From Torpedo marmorata (lineage: Eukaryota), in NCBI GenBank assembly GCA_977017645.1, contig OZ360230.1, positions 93,744,001 through 93,808,000 on the forward strand: 64,000 nucleotides of DNA. Reading direction: 5' to 3'. The notes beneath the pieces were generated by a model. The model worked only from the letters and a program-made list of their open reading frames with translations, had not been told where the DNA came from and made no database searches. Position 1 is the first letter of the stretch, and the number at the start of each line of letters is the position of its first letter. This document shows positions 37,291-50,502 of the stretch, one piece after another. Made by a program: the position numbers and the translations under genes.

Positions 37291-37923
37291 TGTAAGAGCC
37301 GTAGGCTCATTAACTTACCGTTGTTGCGGCGCTCCGATGTCTAGTCGGGCCTTGGAGCGCTCGCGTTGTTCACTAGGCCGTCCTCGGAGCGCTCCGAGGC
37401 CACGTCGGGCCTTGGAGCGCTTGCGTTGTTCTGTGGGCCGTCGTCGGCCCGTTCTTTGATATGCGCATGCGCGGGAGTGCCGACGGGCGCATGCGCAGTA
37501 TGGAGTGACGTCATTGTGCGCGTGGGAGGCTGGGAGTTGTAGTATGCGCGGGGTAGGATGCGCAGAGCCATTAGAGAGAGAGAGAGAGAGGGAAAGGAAA
37601 AGATGTATGGAGGGTGAGTGAGGTCTCCACATCTTTATTGACCGTTTTATATCGTTTTATAATGTTTTTATAACTTTAACATCATCTACAGTGTTTCATA
37701 TCGTTTTGGAATTGTTTAAGGAATAATTTAAAGGAACTCATCATACATCGTTTACAAGAACTGTTTATATTAAAGTCATTGAAGATTACTGCAAGTCACG
37801 TGTGAAAATAAAGGTTTTGAACATATTGGACTTTGTTAGTAAATTAAATAAAACGCGTCAAAAGCAAGGACCACACTTAGCCTCCAGGTGACTATTGGTG
37901 GAGCGAAGTCACCGTTACTTATA
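37291..37923 (+). mobile_element. Probable solo LTR with CpG-rich promoter-like core
   Basis: Starts TGTAAG, ends CTTATA (cf. CTTACA) after an AATAAA; CpG-rich 5' half; no clear TSD. Confidence 0.5.
37460..37545. promoter_or_regulatory. Cluster of NRF1-type (GCGCATGCGC x2), CRE (TGACGTCA) and ZNF143-associated (ACTACAACTCCCAG, minus strand) motifs
   Basis: atgcgcatgcgcg, gggcgcatgcgcag, gagtgacgtcatt and gctgggagttgtagt all within ~85 bp. Confidence 0.5.
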
Positions 37924-39134
37924 GCATGCATACATCTTTTCTCCCCAGTGCCTCTGCTGATTAACTGAGAGTAAGCCAATACTACGGCAACCCATGACAC
38001 ACAAACACAGCGAGTTGCACAACTCAATATACTACAACTTCATTTTCTCCTTTCAGCTTTTAATTTAATTGTTTTTAATTTCTCCTGTCCTTGCTTCATT
38101 TACTTTTTTTTGCAGATCCCTTTCTCTTAACTCCCTCTGTTCCTTTTTGTTTTCCTTCCCTGTGTTTCTTGTCTTGACTTGGTGTGACAAGAACAGGAGC
38201 AGCGAAGGGTTGAAGACTTCACGCTTGATAACGTTTGTATAAGCTGTTTTCAAAACAAATGCTTTCATCATTGCAATGTTATTCTGAATTTGAACAATAG
38301 GATACTATCCTGTGTTTCGACAACACCAGTCCTGTTATTTGGTGCTTTCACTGCTGCCACACACATTGCATTGATCAACCACAGAATCCTGATTCATAGG
38401 GTTAATGAGAGGATTCACCCACTAAAATGGAAGTTGATCAGTGGATGGAATGAAGCAGTATTCTCAAATCTTCATAGCAGGGATTAATCAGCTTCTTCCC
38501 ATTTCATAGTCTATTATGTATCAGGTGTGCTCTATGCAATGAACCACCCTCCTGCCCTCCCCATCAGTCACCTTTTGCCTCAACTGCTGTAGCCACAGTG
38601 GTCTCATCAATCATCTCGTGATACACAAAATAGGAAACCTAAAGGACTGCTTAAGAAGAAGATGCTTAACTACGTAGGCAGTAAAACCAAAGCCATAGTG
38701 CAACCATTTGTCTAAAACTATTGTTGGACCATTCAACATCTGACTCAATTTGCAGTTGGCCATGTGCCTTTTTCTTGCATTCTTTTGATGTTGTGTGAGA
38801 AGAATTCTCTAAATAATTTATGTAGCATAATGGAAAGGTTGTAAAACAGACAGTGGCCATTTGGCCATCGTGTCTCTGCTCAAAAAGGAGTGAACCAATT
38901 TATTCCCCCCTTCCAGAATGTGGCCATACTTCTAAATATAAATGAACAATAAAAAATCACAAAACTCTGGACAAATGGAAGTGATTTCTACCACCTGAAT
39001 TTGTCTGAGTTTTAGCAAATTGTGAGCCTAAGGTCCATTTTTAAACTGTTATTGATAAATGAAACCCTTGTATATGCTTAAAGATGTCACTCTACATCTT
39101 CACTCATCTCATTTGCACTGCCCACCTATTCTCA

Positions 39135-39230
39135 GTTCTGAAGAAAGTTCTTCAACCTGAAATGTTAACCGTGATTCTCTCCTCAGATGATGGCTTACCT
39201 GCTGAGTATTTCCAGCTTTTCCTGCTTTAC
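39135..39230 (+). mobile_element. Penelope pLTR-like remnant with degenerate hammerhead core
   Basis: ctgaagaaagttcttcaacctgaaatg...cagatgatggcttacctgctgagtatttccagc, related to the pLTRs at 11255 and 30030. Confidence 0.55.
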
Positions 39231-40934
39231 TTCCTACTTCTCACTTAAGCTCATTTCCTCAAAAATCACTTTGTTTCTCTTCCTATTTCATATTCTAATT
39301 TAAATTGTTAAAGGTTCCCTCTCCACTGCTCCTGTCCCTTGTTTTGCAAATCTTTATAATCATGTTATTCTTCAGAGAATGATCATTTCTCCCATAACTC
39401 TGTTTTATTCTCTTTAGTCAAGATTCGCTCCTTTCTCAACACAAAGCAACCTTAAGTACAATCAGAGTGGCATCTTACATGACCATATCATTATCTCTCC
39501 TTGTTCTTCATTGACTATACTGCGGGTTTCAACATGTCAATCATGCCATTTTCATCCAATTCCTTCCACCTTCTTATAAACTGTTTCAATTAGTTCCATG
39601 TTATAAGATGAAGCATGCTAGAAAAAAAAATTCTTATCTGCAATGTTAACTCTAGGTTCCCACAAGGATTTGAATATGCTTCGGTTACATCACTAATCCA
39701 ACTAATATCAATTGAAAAATGTACTGTCTAATATGCAAGTGGCTAACACCATCCTAAATTGATAAAAAAAGATGGTTGCACTTTATCATTCAAGTTCCAA
39801 TCACAACTCCCAATTCAGATCTAGGTTATAGGTGTGATCTGCACATGGAATATCTAAGCATTTAGCCTAAATAGGGAATAAGGGTACCTCATGAGCCAGC
39901 TCCTTGGAAGATGAGATCCAAAAATAAGTCTGCAGAAGAGGACTCAGATGAGGAATTAGCAGCAACAGAGGCGAATGGGCTTGCACAATGAAATGGTTGG
40001 TGCATTGTCAAAAAGTTTGAATGTACTGTCAGAGGGAGTCTCAGGCTATATGAGATTGGTTTGAAACAATTGTTCTGAACAATAAAGAAGCAGGTTAGTT
40101 GTCTACCCAGTGTTGCACCTCTCTTAAATATAGGTGTGAATGGCTTGGAGGGAAGTCTCAGAATTGTTATATTTCCACATCTCCTGGTCAAAAGAATACT
40201 TTATTTTGGGGGTTATAATTTTTCTCTTTGATGTTGATAACCAAAAATCAAAACAGCCACATAGTGAATTGAAGTGTAGAAGTTTGCTGTCCTGTCAATT
40301 TCCTTTTAGCATGTATTTCAGGAGCTGGACTGATGTCCTTCGGTCATTATTCAACCAGACAAGTAGCTATTAAGGCTCTTGAGAAATGCGAAATGGGCAT
40401 ATTGTAGTCGTAATAATTGGTTCTGTTTCTGCTGGGCAGGCAAAGCCTTATAGAACAACTCGCTCTGTAGAAAATAGAAGTAATTCACATTTCTTTTCAT
40501 TGCATTTCAAATAATTTAGCAGCAAAGCTATCATTCTTCTTTTAAAAGTGGAAAAGATTCCCCTTGATGGTTGAGGCTTTGGCTTGCCAACTTGTGTAGT
40601 AAACCTGCTGTAAATTGTAGAAGGGCTGAGAAAGTCTCCCTTGTGGCTGTGTTCAGTCTCATGATTGATGACTGCTCAACAGGGAGTCTCTGAATTTGGC
40701 AGAGTAAGAAAGACTGAATATAAAATGACCAAAACTTCCTATTTCCACAAAACAGCAGCTGGATGAGAAGAGAATTGACTGCATGACCAGCCTGGACAGG
40801 TTTGAAACCTCCAGTGTGGTATTGAATAATCTCTCAGTTAATTTTCAATTCCAGCCATACATGGGTTACAGTAACCCCTTCTCCCTCCAATAAGAGGCAT
40901 GTGATTTTTCTTCCATTCTGTAATTTGTTTTATG

Positions 40935-41255
40935 ATGTAGAAGGAGGTCAGTTAGCCCATCAACCTAACGCTGACCCTTTTAAATCCTATTCTCCCACCT
41001 ATTTCCTTGTAATCCATTCTCTCTCATGTGTCCAACGACTACCACTGATTTTCCTGCCACTACCCACACACAAGGTAATTTACAGTCACCAACTAATATA
41101 CCACATCTTTGGGAAATGGGAGGGAACCAGAACACCCAGGGGAAGCCCACACCATCACAGAAAGAGTATGCAATGCCCAATCAGACAACTTCGAAGGTCA
41201 GGATTGAACCCAAGTCGCAGGGGCTGTGAGGCAGCAACACTGCCTGCTGCCCTAC
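40935..41255 (-). mobile_element. V-SINE (longer subfamily)
   Basis: Minus strand ggcagtgttgctgcctcacagc...gggttcaatcctgacc...ttctggttccctcccatttcccaaagatgtg. Confidence 0.7.
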
Positions 41256-44084
41256 ATGCTGCCCAGAGGAGCACTCCTTAATATTATGGGGCAAAGTCCC
41301 TTCCATAATCTCACATTATACATAGAATTTCTTTTGAATGATTATCGGAGGGAGCCTTGTCCTATTTGCTCCTGCTTGCACATGCCCCTGCCTCCAATGA
41401 CCTTTAAAATGTCACATCCAACGATACAAGATAAACGAGATTCCATTATTGAGATTCTTTCATGAAAAACTATGAAAGAAGTAACTTTGTTCTCCCAAAA
41501 CAATGTGTAACCACACAAATTGTGTTAAAATGCATCACTGCATCACTTCTGCATGAGAATATTGAATTAGGCTAGCCAAACATTTGTTCTTCATTGCTGT
41601 GCTTTTGTATAAGGAAAATGAAAATGTACAATTTTCAATTGATGCCTAACTACAATTATTTATTACACCCAATGTATATTTCTGAACAAGGTTCTATTTC
41701 TTCTTTTACTAGTTTTTAATCATGAACCTTGACTTCTTCAACCCTTCTGTATGATTTATGTTGCTTTAGTCATGAATGTATTTGCAGATTTATGACGAGT
41801 ACTTTGACTGATTGGAAATTAGAACTCTATATCCTCAAACTTCCCATATCTGGGTTAAATTTGATAGCATACATAGAGTACTGAACAGCATCATTTATTT
41901 TGGATGTTTGATGTAGCAATACATCATATAGTCTGTACTTCTTCAGTACACAACCTGGATAGCTGGGAGCATGGATAGCCATTCATTGTTGTTAATGGGT
42001 GGAAAATCATGTTTGGATCTGTAAAATTTTCTGATGTATATTCTAGTGAAGGTTAGCATTTTAACTCATACCGGCAAGTGGAAAATGGTATCTCTTAATT
42101 TTAATATTTTCTAATTAACAGGTTACTTAATATTTACCATAGCAGATACAGTATATATTATGCTGGTCATTGCTATTAATGAATACACTTGCCTTGGTCT
42201 CTCAATGTAATTGTACAACCATCACTACCTCTAGAGGCCTAAACAAATGTACAGGTAGTACATATACTGGTAAGGGTGGCCATTTTCCAAAATATCTGCT
42301 TTCCAGCATCTTAATGCATGTGGCCAAACTTTTACTCCACATTATGAGTCAACCGTGTAAATTTAAAATAGAGGATGCCATGGATATCAGTCATTTCTGG
42401 GAACATCAGCAAAGCAAAGGTAAAGTCACACTTGCAACTTGGAAGAGACAGCTTCTGTTCCAGCTTTGGAAAGTCTAAGTACCCTCCACAGAACCCAAAA
42501 TGAAAACCAATACTTCCAAACCCTCAGCCTTCAAGTATCTCCCAAAACTCATTTCACAATTACCTGCTCTGTTTTGTTGGAGTTGGATGTTACCTTATAA
42601 GATGTTATCTTATCGTGCTTGTCATATTCGTCTTAAGAAGAAACTACATTACATCTGATGGTAGTTAAAATGTTCACCAATTGCTCCATTGCAAGTGTCG
42701 CAGCAGCAGGATACTTGCTTAATAAAGGTTACAAGGCTATTACAAAAGTTATTTCTTTTTGGTTCATTAGGTTGCTTCAAATTGCAGATTCTCCCTTCAA
42801 TAAATAATTATTAAATTCTCATTATCTCAAAGATGGATTCCAAATCTAAAGCAAACACATTTTTGAAATGCCTCATACTGTAAATATAAAGCATCATTTC
42901 TCCAAAGCACATTGAGTTGTCCCATAAACAGTTAAAAAATACTTTTTGGTGACAATCTTCCAAAGAATTTACAATATATTTAAGGCAAATGTCATGCTGG
43001 TTCAAGCCCGACTTACAAATGTAGTCAGTTACTCTTGAATTTCACACCGATCCCAGGCTCTCGCAATGAACTGGCTCTGTTATTGCTCTCCAGAAGCAAG
43101 AGTCTGAATCAAAAGGTAGTTTTTTTGGGTAAATCTTTGTAACACAGGCTCTCCTTGCTGTAATTATCTATCATTTGATATCCAACTTTCAGCAAAAGAC
43201 AGTTTTGGTAATCGGTATATATATACTGATATATATCGGTATATAAGAATCTTACAGCAGGGACAAGGGGAAAGTTCAAAACTTTACCTTTTAAATTCAC
43301 AGCAAAGCAAGAAATTGTCAGTGCAAACTGGTAAAGGCGAAAGCAGAAGAAGTGAGTTGCAAACTAACAGCATGAAGGGCACCATTGGAAGTCCACAACC
43401 GAAAGCAGTCTTACAGAACGCATCAGTGCTGTTCAGTCAGTTTCTCGTAGACCGCCTCCAAAAGATGCCATTAAGTAGTGACCTGAAGAATCTGTAATGT
43501 TGCCTGGGTTGCACTACTGAGGCTGACAGATGTTTGGATCCATTTTTCTCTCTCTCCCTGTTCATCAATCAGCAGCAATGAACTTGCAGGTTTGGCTACT
43601 CTGTTTTGTTATTTGTGGAGCTTAGGGAGAATTTTTGCCTCTTCAATGGAATCCAAATGCTTAACACTTGATTCTCTGAATCAAATCACCAGCTTGTTTT
43701 GTGCATGAACTTTCCACCTCATTTGCATGGTAACTTTGAATGTAGTGCCAGTTCTGCAATATAAACAAGACAGTACTTGTCTAAAACTGTCAGCAACGGT
43801 TTGCAAGCTCCCTCTGTTGACTGAGTGTTACCCATGCTATTTGACACATTCCCACAATTTTATTCTGTGATTCACAAGAACACAGCTTAACTTTAAATCA
43901 GAACATTGTAGGTTCAAGATCAACTCCACAGACTTGACTATGCAAACTAGGGCCTCTAGGGTAACACTTCCAGAGCAACACTGAAGGAAGGCAAGAGAGA
44001 TTACTTTGTTTAATTGACCGACATCACTGCAGATTAACAATTATCTGGTTATTTCCACAGTGCAGGATCTTGCTTTGCCCACGA

Positions 44085-44420
44085 GTCATAGACATGGACA
44101 GCACAGAAACAGGCCCTTCGGCCCACCATGTCCATGCCAATCTTTTTGCCCATCTACATTAACACCATTTGTTTGCATCAGGACCAAATTCTTCAATGTT
44201 TGCCTGTTCAAGTGCCTGGCTAAAAGCCACTTTAACAAAATCTGATCTCACCACTTCCTCTAGCAGCATGTTCCAGATATCAACCACACTGTGTAAAAAA
44301 CCTACCCCTCAAATCCCCTTTAAAACTCCTCCCTCTCTCTCAAACGTTTGCTGCTTGTTTTTAGCACCACTACATGGGAAAAAGATTTGAACGATCCACC
44401 CTATCTACACTTCTCATATT
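44085..44420 (-). mobile_element. CR1 LINE 3' end fragment
   Basis: cacagaaacaggcccttcggccca tail; ccacttcctctagcagcatgttccaga; aaatcccctttaaaactcct. Confidence 0.75.
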
Positions 44421-44449
44421 ATTACATATTAATGACATCCCTCAAGTTG

Positions 44450-45790
44450 ATAACCCTGCTTAGAGGCTGGTGGATATACGGTCCTCGCTGGGACTCAACA
44501 CTCCTCTCTGCAACTGGATTCTGGACTTCTTCACCAAAAGATCAGTCAGTCAGGTTGGCAGCAAAACCTCAAGTCTCATCATGCTGAGCACGTGGTGCAC
44601 ATCAGGGCTGTGTGCTCAGCTCACAACTATTAATGTTGTTGACTTACGAATGCACTGCCAGATTCAATTCTAACAGAATCATCAAGTTTGCGGATGATAC
44701 AACAGTAGTTGGCCTCATTGGCAACAATGTTGAGTCACCTTACAGAGAGAAAGTTGGGAGGCTAGTAAAATGGGGTGAGAACAACAACCTGAGTTTCAAT
44801 GTGGACAAGACAAAGGAGATGATTGTGAACTTCAGTAAGTCGTCCACTCTCCATTACACATGAATGGTTCAGTGGTGGAGAGCACAAAGTTCCGAGGTAT
44901 GCATATAAAGGTCTACCTATCCTGGAGCCACAACACATCCTCATTAGACAGGAAGATGTAGCAGCACCTATACTTCCTAAGGAGGTTGAGGAGGGCAAGG
45001 CTACTGGCCCTCAATGTGGCAACATTTTACAGAGCAAAACTGAGAGTGTCCTGTCAGGCTATATCATTGTGTGGTGTGGTAGCTGCAAAGCATCGAAATG
45101 GAAGTCAATACAGAGACTGTGAAGATCACTTGGGTCTCCCTTTCCTCTATTGATGACATTCACCAGGAGCATTGCTTAAATAGTGCTCAAAGAATTCTAG
45201 AGGACCATTTCCATCCAGCACACAGTATCTTTGACCCACTACCACCAAGAAGGAGAGACAAGAGCAACAAAATCAGGGCTGCCAGGCTGGGAAACAACTT
45301 CTTCCCGATCTCAATTTGAGATTGATGAACAGTATCCTGTAACCAAGTGAAACATCCCAAAATATTTAAATATATTTAATTTTAAATTTTAGACTTATAG
45401 CACAGTAACAGGCTATTTCTGCCCATGAACCCATGCTGCCCAATTATCCCCAATTGACCTACAACCCCCGGTACATTTTTGAATGGTGGTAAGAAACCGG
45501 ACCCCTGGAGAAAACCTATACAGAAACGGGGAGAAGGTACAAACTCCTTACAGACAGCGCGGGATTCGAACCCCGGTCCCGATCGCTGGTGCTGTAACAG
45601 CGTTGCGCTAACTGCTACACTAACCGTGCTGCCCTATTTATTTTAAATGTTATCTTGATGTATATATGTGATTATTATGTACAATGTACAGTATTGTGTG
45701 TGTTTGTGTGAGCAACAGGGTTCGGAGAAATGCTGTTTTGTCTGGCTGTATATGTATAGTCAGATGATAATAAACTTGAACATAAACTTG
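44450..45790 (+). mobile_element. Degenerate Rex1/Babar-like element with a V-SINE in its 3' UTR
   Basis: [43 protein letters not shown]; tail gataataaacttgaac; same family as 56450-57525. Confidence 0.88.
45375..45634 (-). mobile_element. tRNA-derived V-SINE (HE1-like)
   Basis: Reverse complement of the 31715 family (gggcagcacggttagtgtagcagttagcgcaacgctgttacagc...ggggttcgaatcccgcgctgtctgtaagg). Confidence 0.9.
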
Positions 45791-45920
45791 CTTCCTACAT
45801 GGTACCAGCCATCATATACTGAGATACAAAAGGTATATAACAACAGAAAGAGAAGTTTGTTTCCAGTTGAATTAGACTGAACTGGGATACAATCAAAAAC
45901 AGCACACTGATCGTCTAGAC

Positions 45921-46247
45921 CAGTGGTTTTCAAACTTTTTCTTTCCACTCACATACCACCTTAAGTAATCCCTCTGTGATTAGTAAGGGATTACATAAGG
46001 TTGTACGTGAGTGGAAAGAAAAAAGTTTGAAAACCACTGTTTTAATCGTACCTAATTGACTCGTTATGTGAACGGTTTCATAACTCCAAAGGAAATAGGC
46101 CAATGACAATTTTTCTCAAGCAAAATATTTCAGTAACAATTGGGTCTAGAGCAGTGGTTCTCAACCTTTTTTTTTAACCACTCACATACCACCTTAAGTA
46201 ATCCCTTACTAATCACAGAGCACCTATGGCATAGGGATTACTTAAGG
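45921..46247. mobile_element. Second copy of the composite hAT MITE, truncated on the right
   Basis: gtctagac|CAGTGGTTTTCAAAC...GTTTGAAAACCACTG, the same ~110-bp spacer as 36196-36307, second unit from 46152. Confidence 0.85.
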
Positions 46248-47115
46248 TCGCGGACCAGCAGCCATGGAAATTCACCAAGACAGTATTATTGTTTTTCTTA
46301 TAAAACAATATATTTATTAATAACTACTAATAATATAAAACATTAGTTAAATCAAACCCAACAATATGCTAATATACTTATGTGTGTATGTGTGTGTGTG
46401 GGGGGGAATACCCAAACCATTACAGCTTAGGCACAATTCTGGAAAGTCATTCCAAAGTTCAGTCTTAGAAATCCTGTGTTGAAACGTAGGCTTTTAAACT
46501 GATGCCCAGAAGTAATCTCGAAGGAGGTGGGAGAGACTGAGTGACCGGACTGCTGGAAACTCACGAATCCTTGTCGAGTTTCTTGCTGAGAAATATCCTT
46601 TTGAACGAACGGTTGTCACAACTCCCCTTTTCCTTGCGTAGGGGAAATGAAACGTGTGACTTCCACGATGCTTCCACAACCCAAGTATGGGTCAGTCGAA
46701 ATGACCATTACTTTGGTCACCATCCGATGCAGCAATTCTCTTGCTTCCAAAACCCAGGTATGGGTCAAACAAAGTGACCTTTCCTTTGGTCACAGTGTGG
46801 TTCAATAATTCCCCTGACAGGAAGAATCAGCCGAATTGTCCATTTCACACAGAGTCACTCCAACTCAGTGTTCCATGAGATGGCTGGTGGTCAATAATGA
46901 AATGCCGTTTCCTTCAGTGTTCCACTCACATGACTCTCTTACCACCTGTGTCCCTGGAAAAAGCAACAAACGTTCTTTCTCTTCCTCCAGAGTATCAACT
47001 TTGGGTATAGTCTGTACTAGATGTTGTCACTCAGTCTCTCCATGGCTGTGAATGGTTGCAACCGGTACTAGCCCTTAAAGTGATACTCACACTAAATGAA
47101 ACGGGAGCTCGTAAT
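46248..47115 (-). mobile_element. Possible solo LTR
   Basis: Abruptly truncates the hAT MITE; right end gagctcgtaata (reverse complement resembles TGTTACGAG); internal short repeats (cccaagtatgggtca / cccaggtatgggtca). No ORF or TSD support. Confidence 0.35.
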
Positions 47116-48877
47116 ATACTGTATTATTGCATGTCCAATGCCTCTTTTGTTATCACCAAGGATAACTCCAGAACACTTGAACCAGAACAGAAGCAGACAA
47201 TGCTGTTAGGCTTTGACAGGCTCGCCATCAAAGTCATGCCAGAGCGGCCAGCTCACGTACACATTTGTCCTAACCACTTCTGACTTATAAATGTGCTTAC
47301 CAGTGAAAAATTACAGTGAATAGTTTCACTGCTTAAATTTCAAGTAGCAGGTCCACAATGTGCTTCCACTCTGCTCTGAATTACACAAAATGGGAGGGGG
47401 GAGGGGGCACAAAGATCACAAACTGACTGTTCAGAAAAGTTTCCTGAATAATTTTTGGCACCCTTGTCTGCAGTTCTATTCATCTTGTGATAGATTCGAA
47501 TGACCGAGGAAAAAAAAATCAAAGACCAAGATCTAAAAATCGACTCCAAGTTCCTGGTTTCTTATCAGTAGTGATCGCTGCCCTTCTGTGTGCAACAGAG
47601 AAATGGACATCTTATAAGAGGCATCTAAAAGACCGCAGAAGGAGCACAAACACTGTCTGAAATAAATCCTACAAAATTATTGGCAGGGTTGTCTCTCAGG
47701 TAGACCTCCCCATCGTTAAGGCTCTGATTATGGACAAGTCTAGCTGCTTGATAACAAACCCCTGGATAAGAATTCTTCACTGAGCTCCGAGAACATGGAT
47801 TTCCAGTAAATCAGGGAAAACATAGAGCCTTTGAAAAGTTCCCAGGGACCGATGGGAATTGCTGGCCTATGACGCATCAAAATGGAGCATTGGGCAACTT
47901 TGAGTATCCAAAGTGGGAGCATGTAGATGCCAAATGCAAACAGCAAAAAGAATCTTCAACAGCCCATATGACCCACAGACTGACCCTGGCAAACGGTTGC
48001 TGCCTCAACTGTGGCAGAGTCAGTGGGTCACACATTGACCTCAGAAATCTCCTTGGAATCCACACCTATTTTTGAAATCAATACTCACAACCATTTCTGG
48101 GACCTTGTGGAGTGAATCAAAATAGCTGGAGACCATCTTCTGTGATGGTGTATCTCTTCAGCATTTCTGGCTGAACATGGTAGTGAATGCTTCAGCCTGT
48201 TCTTTGGCACTCACGTGCTGGGCCCTGGTGTCACTGAACTCTGGGATGTTCTTGGCATCTCTTCCTCCTAGTAGGTGTTTAATTGTCCAGCACCATTCAC
48301 AACTAGATGTGGTGGGACTGCGGAGCTTTGATCTGATCCGCTGATTGTGAGATTGCTTAGATCTATCCATTGCATGCTGTTTTTGCTGTTTATCACACAC
48401 ACATTGTCCTGTATTGCTGCTTCGCTGGGCTGACAGCTTATCACTTTTGCATAGGTCTGGTGCTGCTCCCAGCAAGCACCTCTGCACTAATCATTGAACT
48501 GAGCTATACAGGTAAATGAAATGAATAGAACTGGCAGGCAAGGGTGCCAAAAATTATTCAGGAAACTTTTCTGGTCAGTTTGTGAATCTTTGTGTCCCCT
48601 CTCCCATTTTGTGTAATTCAGAGCAGAGTGGAAGCACATTGTGGACCTGCTACTTGAAATTTAAGCAGTGAAACTATTGACTAATTTTTCACTGGTAAGC
48701 ACATTTATAAGTCAGAAGTGGTTAGGACAAATGTGTCCTGGCAGCTCTGGCATGACCTGGATGGCGAGCTTGTCAAAACCTAACAGCATTGTCTGTTTCT
48801 GTTCTGGTTCAGGTGTTCTGGAGTTATCCTTGGTGATAACAAAAGAGGCATTGGACATGCATTAATACAATAGTATA
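47115..48877. repeat. Long inverted repeat: arms 47115-47483 and 48521-48877, ~1.04-kb spacer
   Basis: For example gcatgtccaatgcctcttttgttatcaccaaggataactccagaacac versus gtgttctggagttatccttggtgataacaaaagaggcattggacatgc; collinear across ~370 bp with small indels. Confidence 0.93.
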
Positions 48878-49520
48878 ATTCCAGAAACCATTAGTCATAA
48901 CCACAGAGCAAGGGAATGTATGTCGCATTTTAGCTGTTTTAGAACTAAAGCCTGGGAATCAATGGGGTTGAAAGTGATGAGCTCTTGGACCTGCCTTACT
49001 CAGGATTGCCCAGAAGGTTCAGAGGAATATGGGTCAAACACAGGTAAATGGGTCTAGATTGTGTAAAGATCTCCTCATGGATGTCCAGTGTTAACTTGCC
49101 AGATCTATTCTGAGACAATCCCACTTTATACATTTGCTATATTGCACAATATGAAGGAGGTTTCCTCCGTGTGAAGCCAGGACTCTGCCTACCCACTGAT
49201 TGCATGATTGTTTCTTCCACCAGACTGTTGCATCTGCCAGAGGTAGATTGATGAGGGAAGGTTAAGTAGGTTTATCGCTCTTGGCTTGTTCACAACCTGC
49301 CACTGGCCTATACTGACAGCCATGTTCTTCAGAACTCAGCCAGCTCAGTCTATGGTGTTGTTACCAAGACATCGTCGGTGATGGACAATGAAGTCTCCCA
49401 ACCAGAGTATGTTCAATGCTCAGCGCTGCTTTTACTGCTTCTTCCAAGTGCTGTCAAACTTGGCAGAGCATTGATTTATCATTGAATGGTAGATGGTGAT
49501 TAGCAAGTGGCTTCCTTGCC
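48150..49520 (-). mobile_element. Ancient CR1/L2-group LINE remnants (48150-48500 and ~49060-49520)
   Basis: RIRSKLRSPTTSSCEWCWTIKHLLGG...KEQAEAFTTMFSQKC linker region; endonuclease-like LWLGDFIVHH at ~49380-49410. Confidence 0.6.
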
Positions 49521-50157
49521 TATCACTAGTGATAATTGACTAAGATTGGGAAGGGTGTAGTTTAGCTGACTGTCAAGGTTTTATCTTCTTTTGTGGTTCT
49601 GCACTCTCACCAGCACTCCCCACCTTCCACCCATCATCATGCTCCTACCTCGTGATGCTATTTATGTTCTGGAAGATACTGTTTCTGCACACCAGCCTTG
49701 ACTGTGAGGAACTGGCCAACTTCTCCCAGCAAGATCCCACTGGGGGGAACCACAGATTAATCCACCAGTCAGCAACAAACGGCGGCAATCTGTGGATCAT
49801 TATGTGCTATGTATAGTATTAGTTCTCCACTAGGCTTCACAATTCAACAAATCAACTGTACAATGCTTAAAAGAGAAAGCTACATGGTTGGATTTTGAGG
49901 ATTTTAATCTGTCAACAGAATTAGCTGCTGTTTGCTATGTAGCTATAAAAATATGTTGTCCAACTAAGATTAATGGAAAATGCAGATCTCATAATCAGTT
50001 GTAATTTCTCTCAGAGTATTGATTTTTAAATTCAATCCTTTTTTTTGTCTTGAAGCTGTTTCTTTGGACCCTACACAGAACATTGCTTTTGAGGCTGGAA
50101 TGCAGACGAGGTTCTCTTTTACTCCTGTTATTCTTGTTGAGGCAGCTAGGTGTAAAC

Positions 50158-50502
50158 NNNNNNNNNNNNNNNNNNNNNNNNNNNNNNNNNNNNNNNNNNN
50201 NNNNNNNNNNNNNNNNNNNNNNNNNNNNNNNNNNNNNNNNNNNNNNNNNNNNNNNNNNNNNNNNNNNNNNNNNNNNNNNNNNNNNNNNNNNNNNNNNNNN
50301 NNNNNNNNNNNNNNNNNNNNNNNNNNNNNNNNNNNNNNNNNNNNNNNNNNNNNNNNNNNNNNNNNNNNNNNNNNNNNNNNNNNNNNNNNNNNNNNNNNNN
50401 NNNNNNNNNNNNNNNNNNNNNNNNNNNNNNNNNNNNNNNNNNNNNNNNNNNNNNNNNNNNNNNNNNNNNNNNNNNNNNNNNNNNNNNNNNNNNNNNNNNN
50501 NN
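50158..50502. other. Assembly gap (345 N)
   Basis: Run of n. Confidence 1.

Noticed and set aside
43288-43385. Candidate first coding exon (ATG...AAAAG|gtaaag) on the minus strand
   Set aside because: It ends in phase 2, incompatible with the phase-0 giant exon, and has no recognisable homology; it could only be UTR or need an unseen exon.
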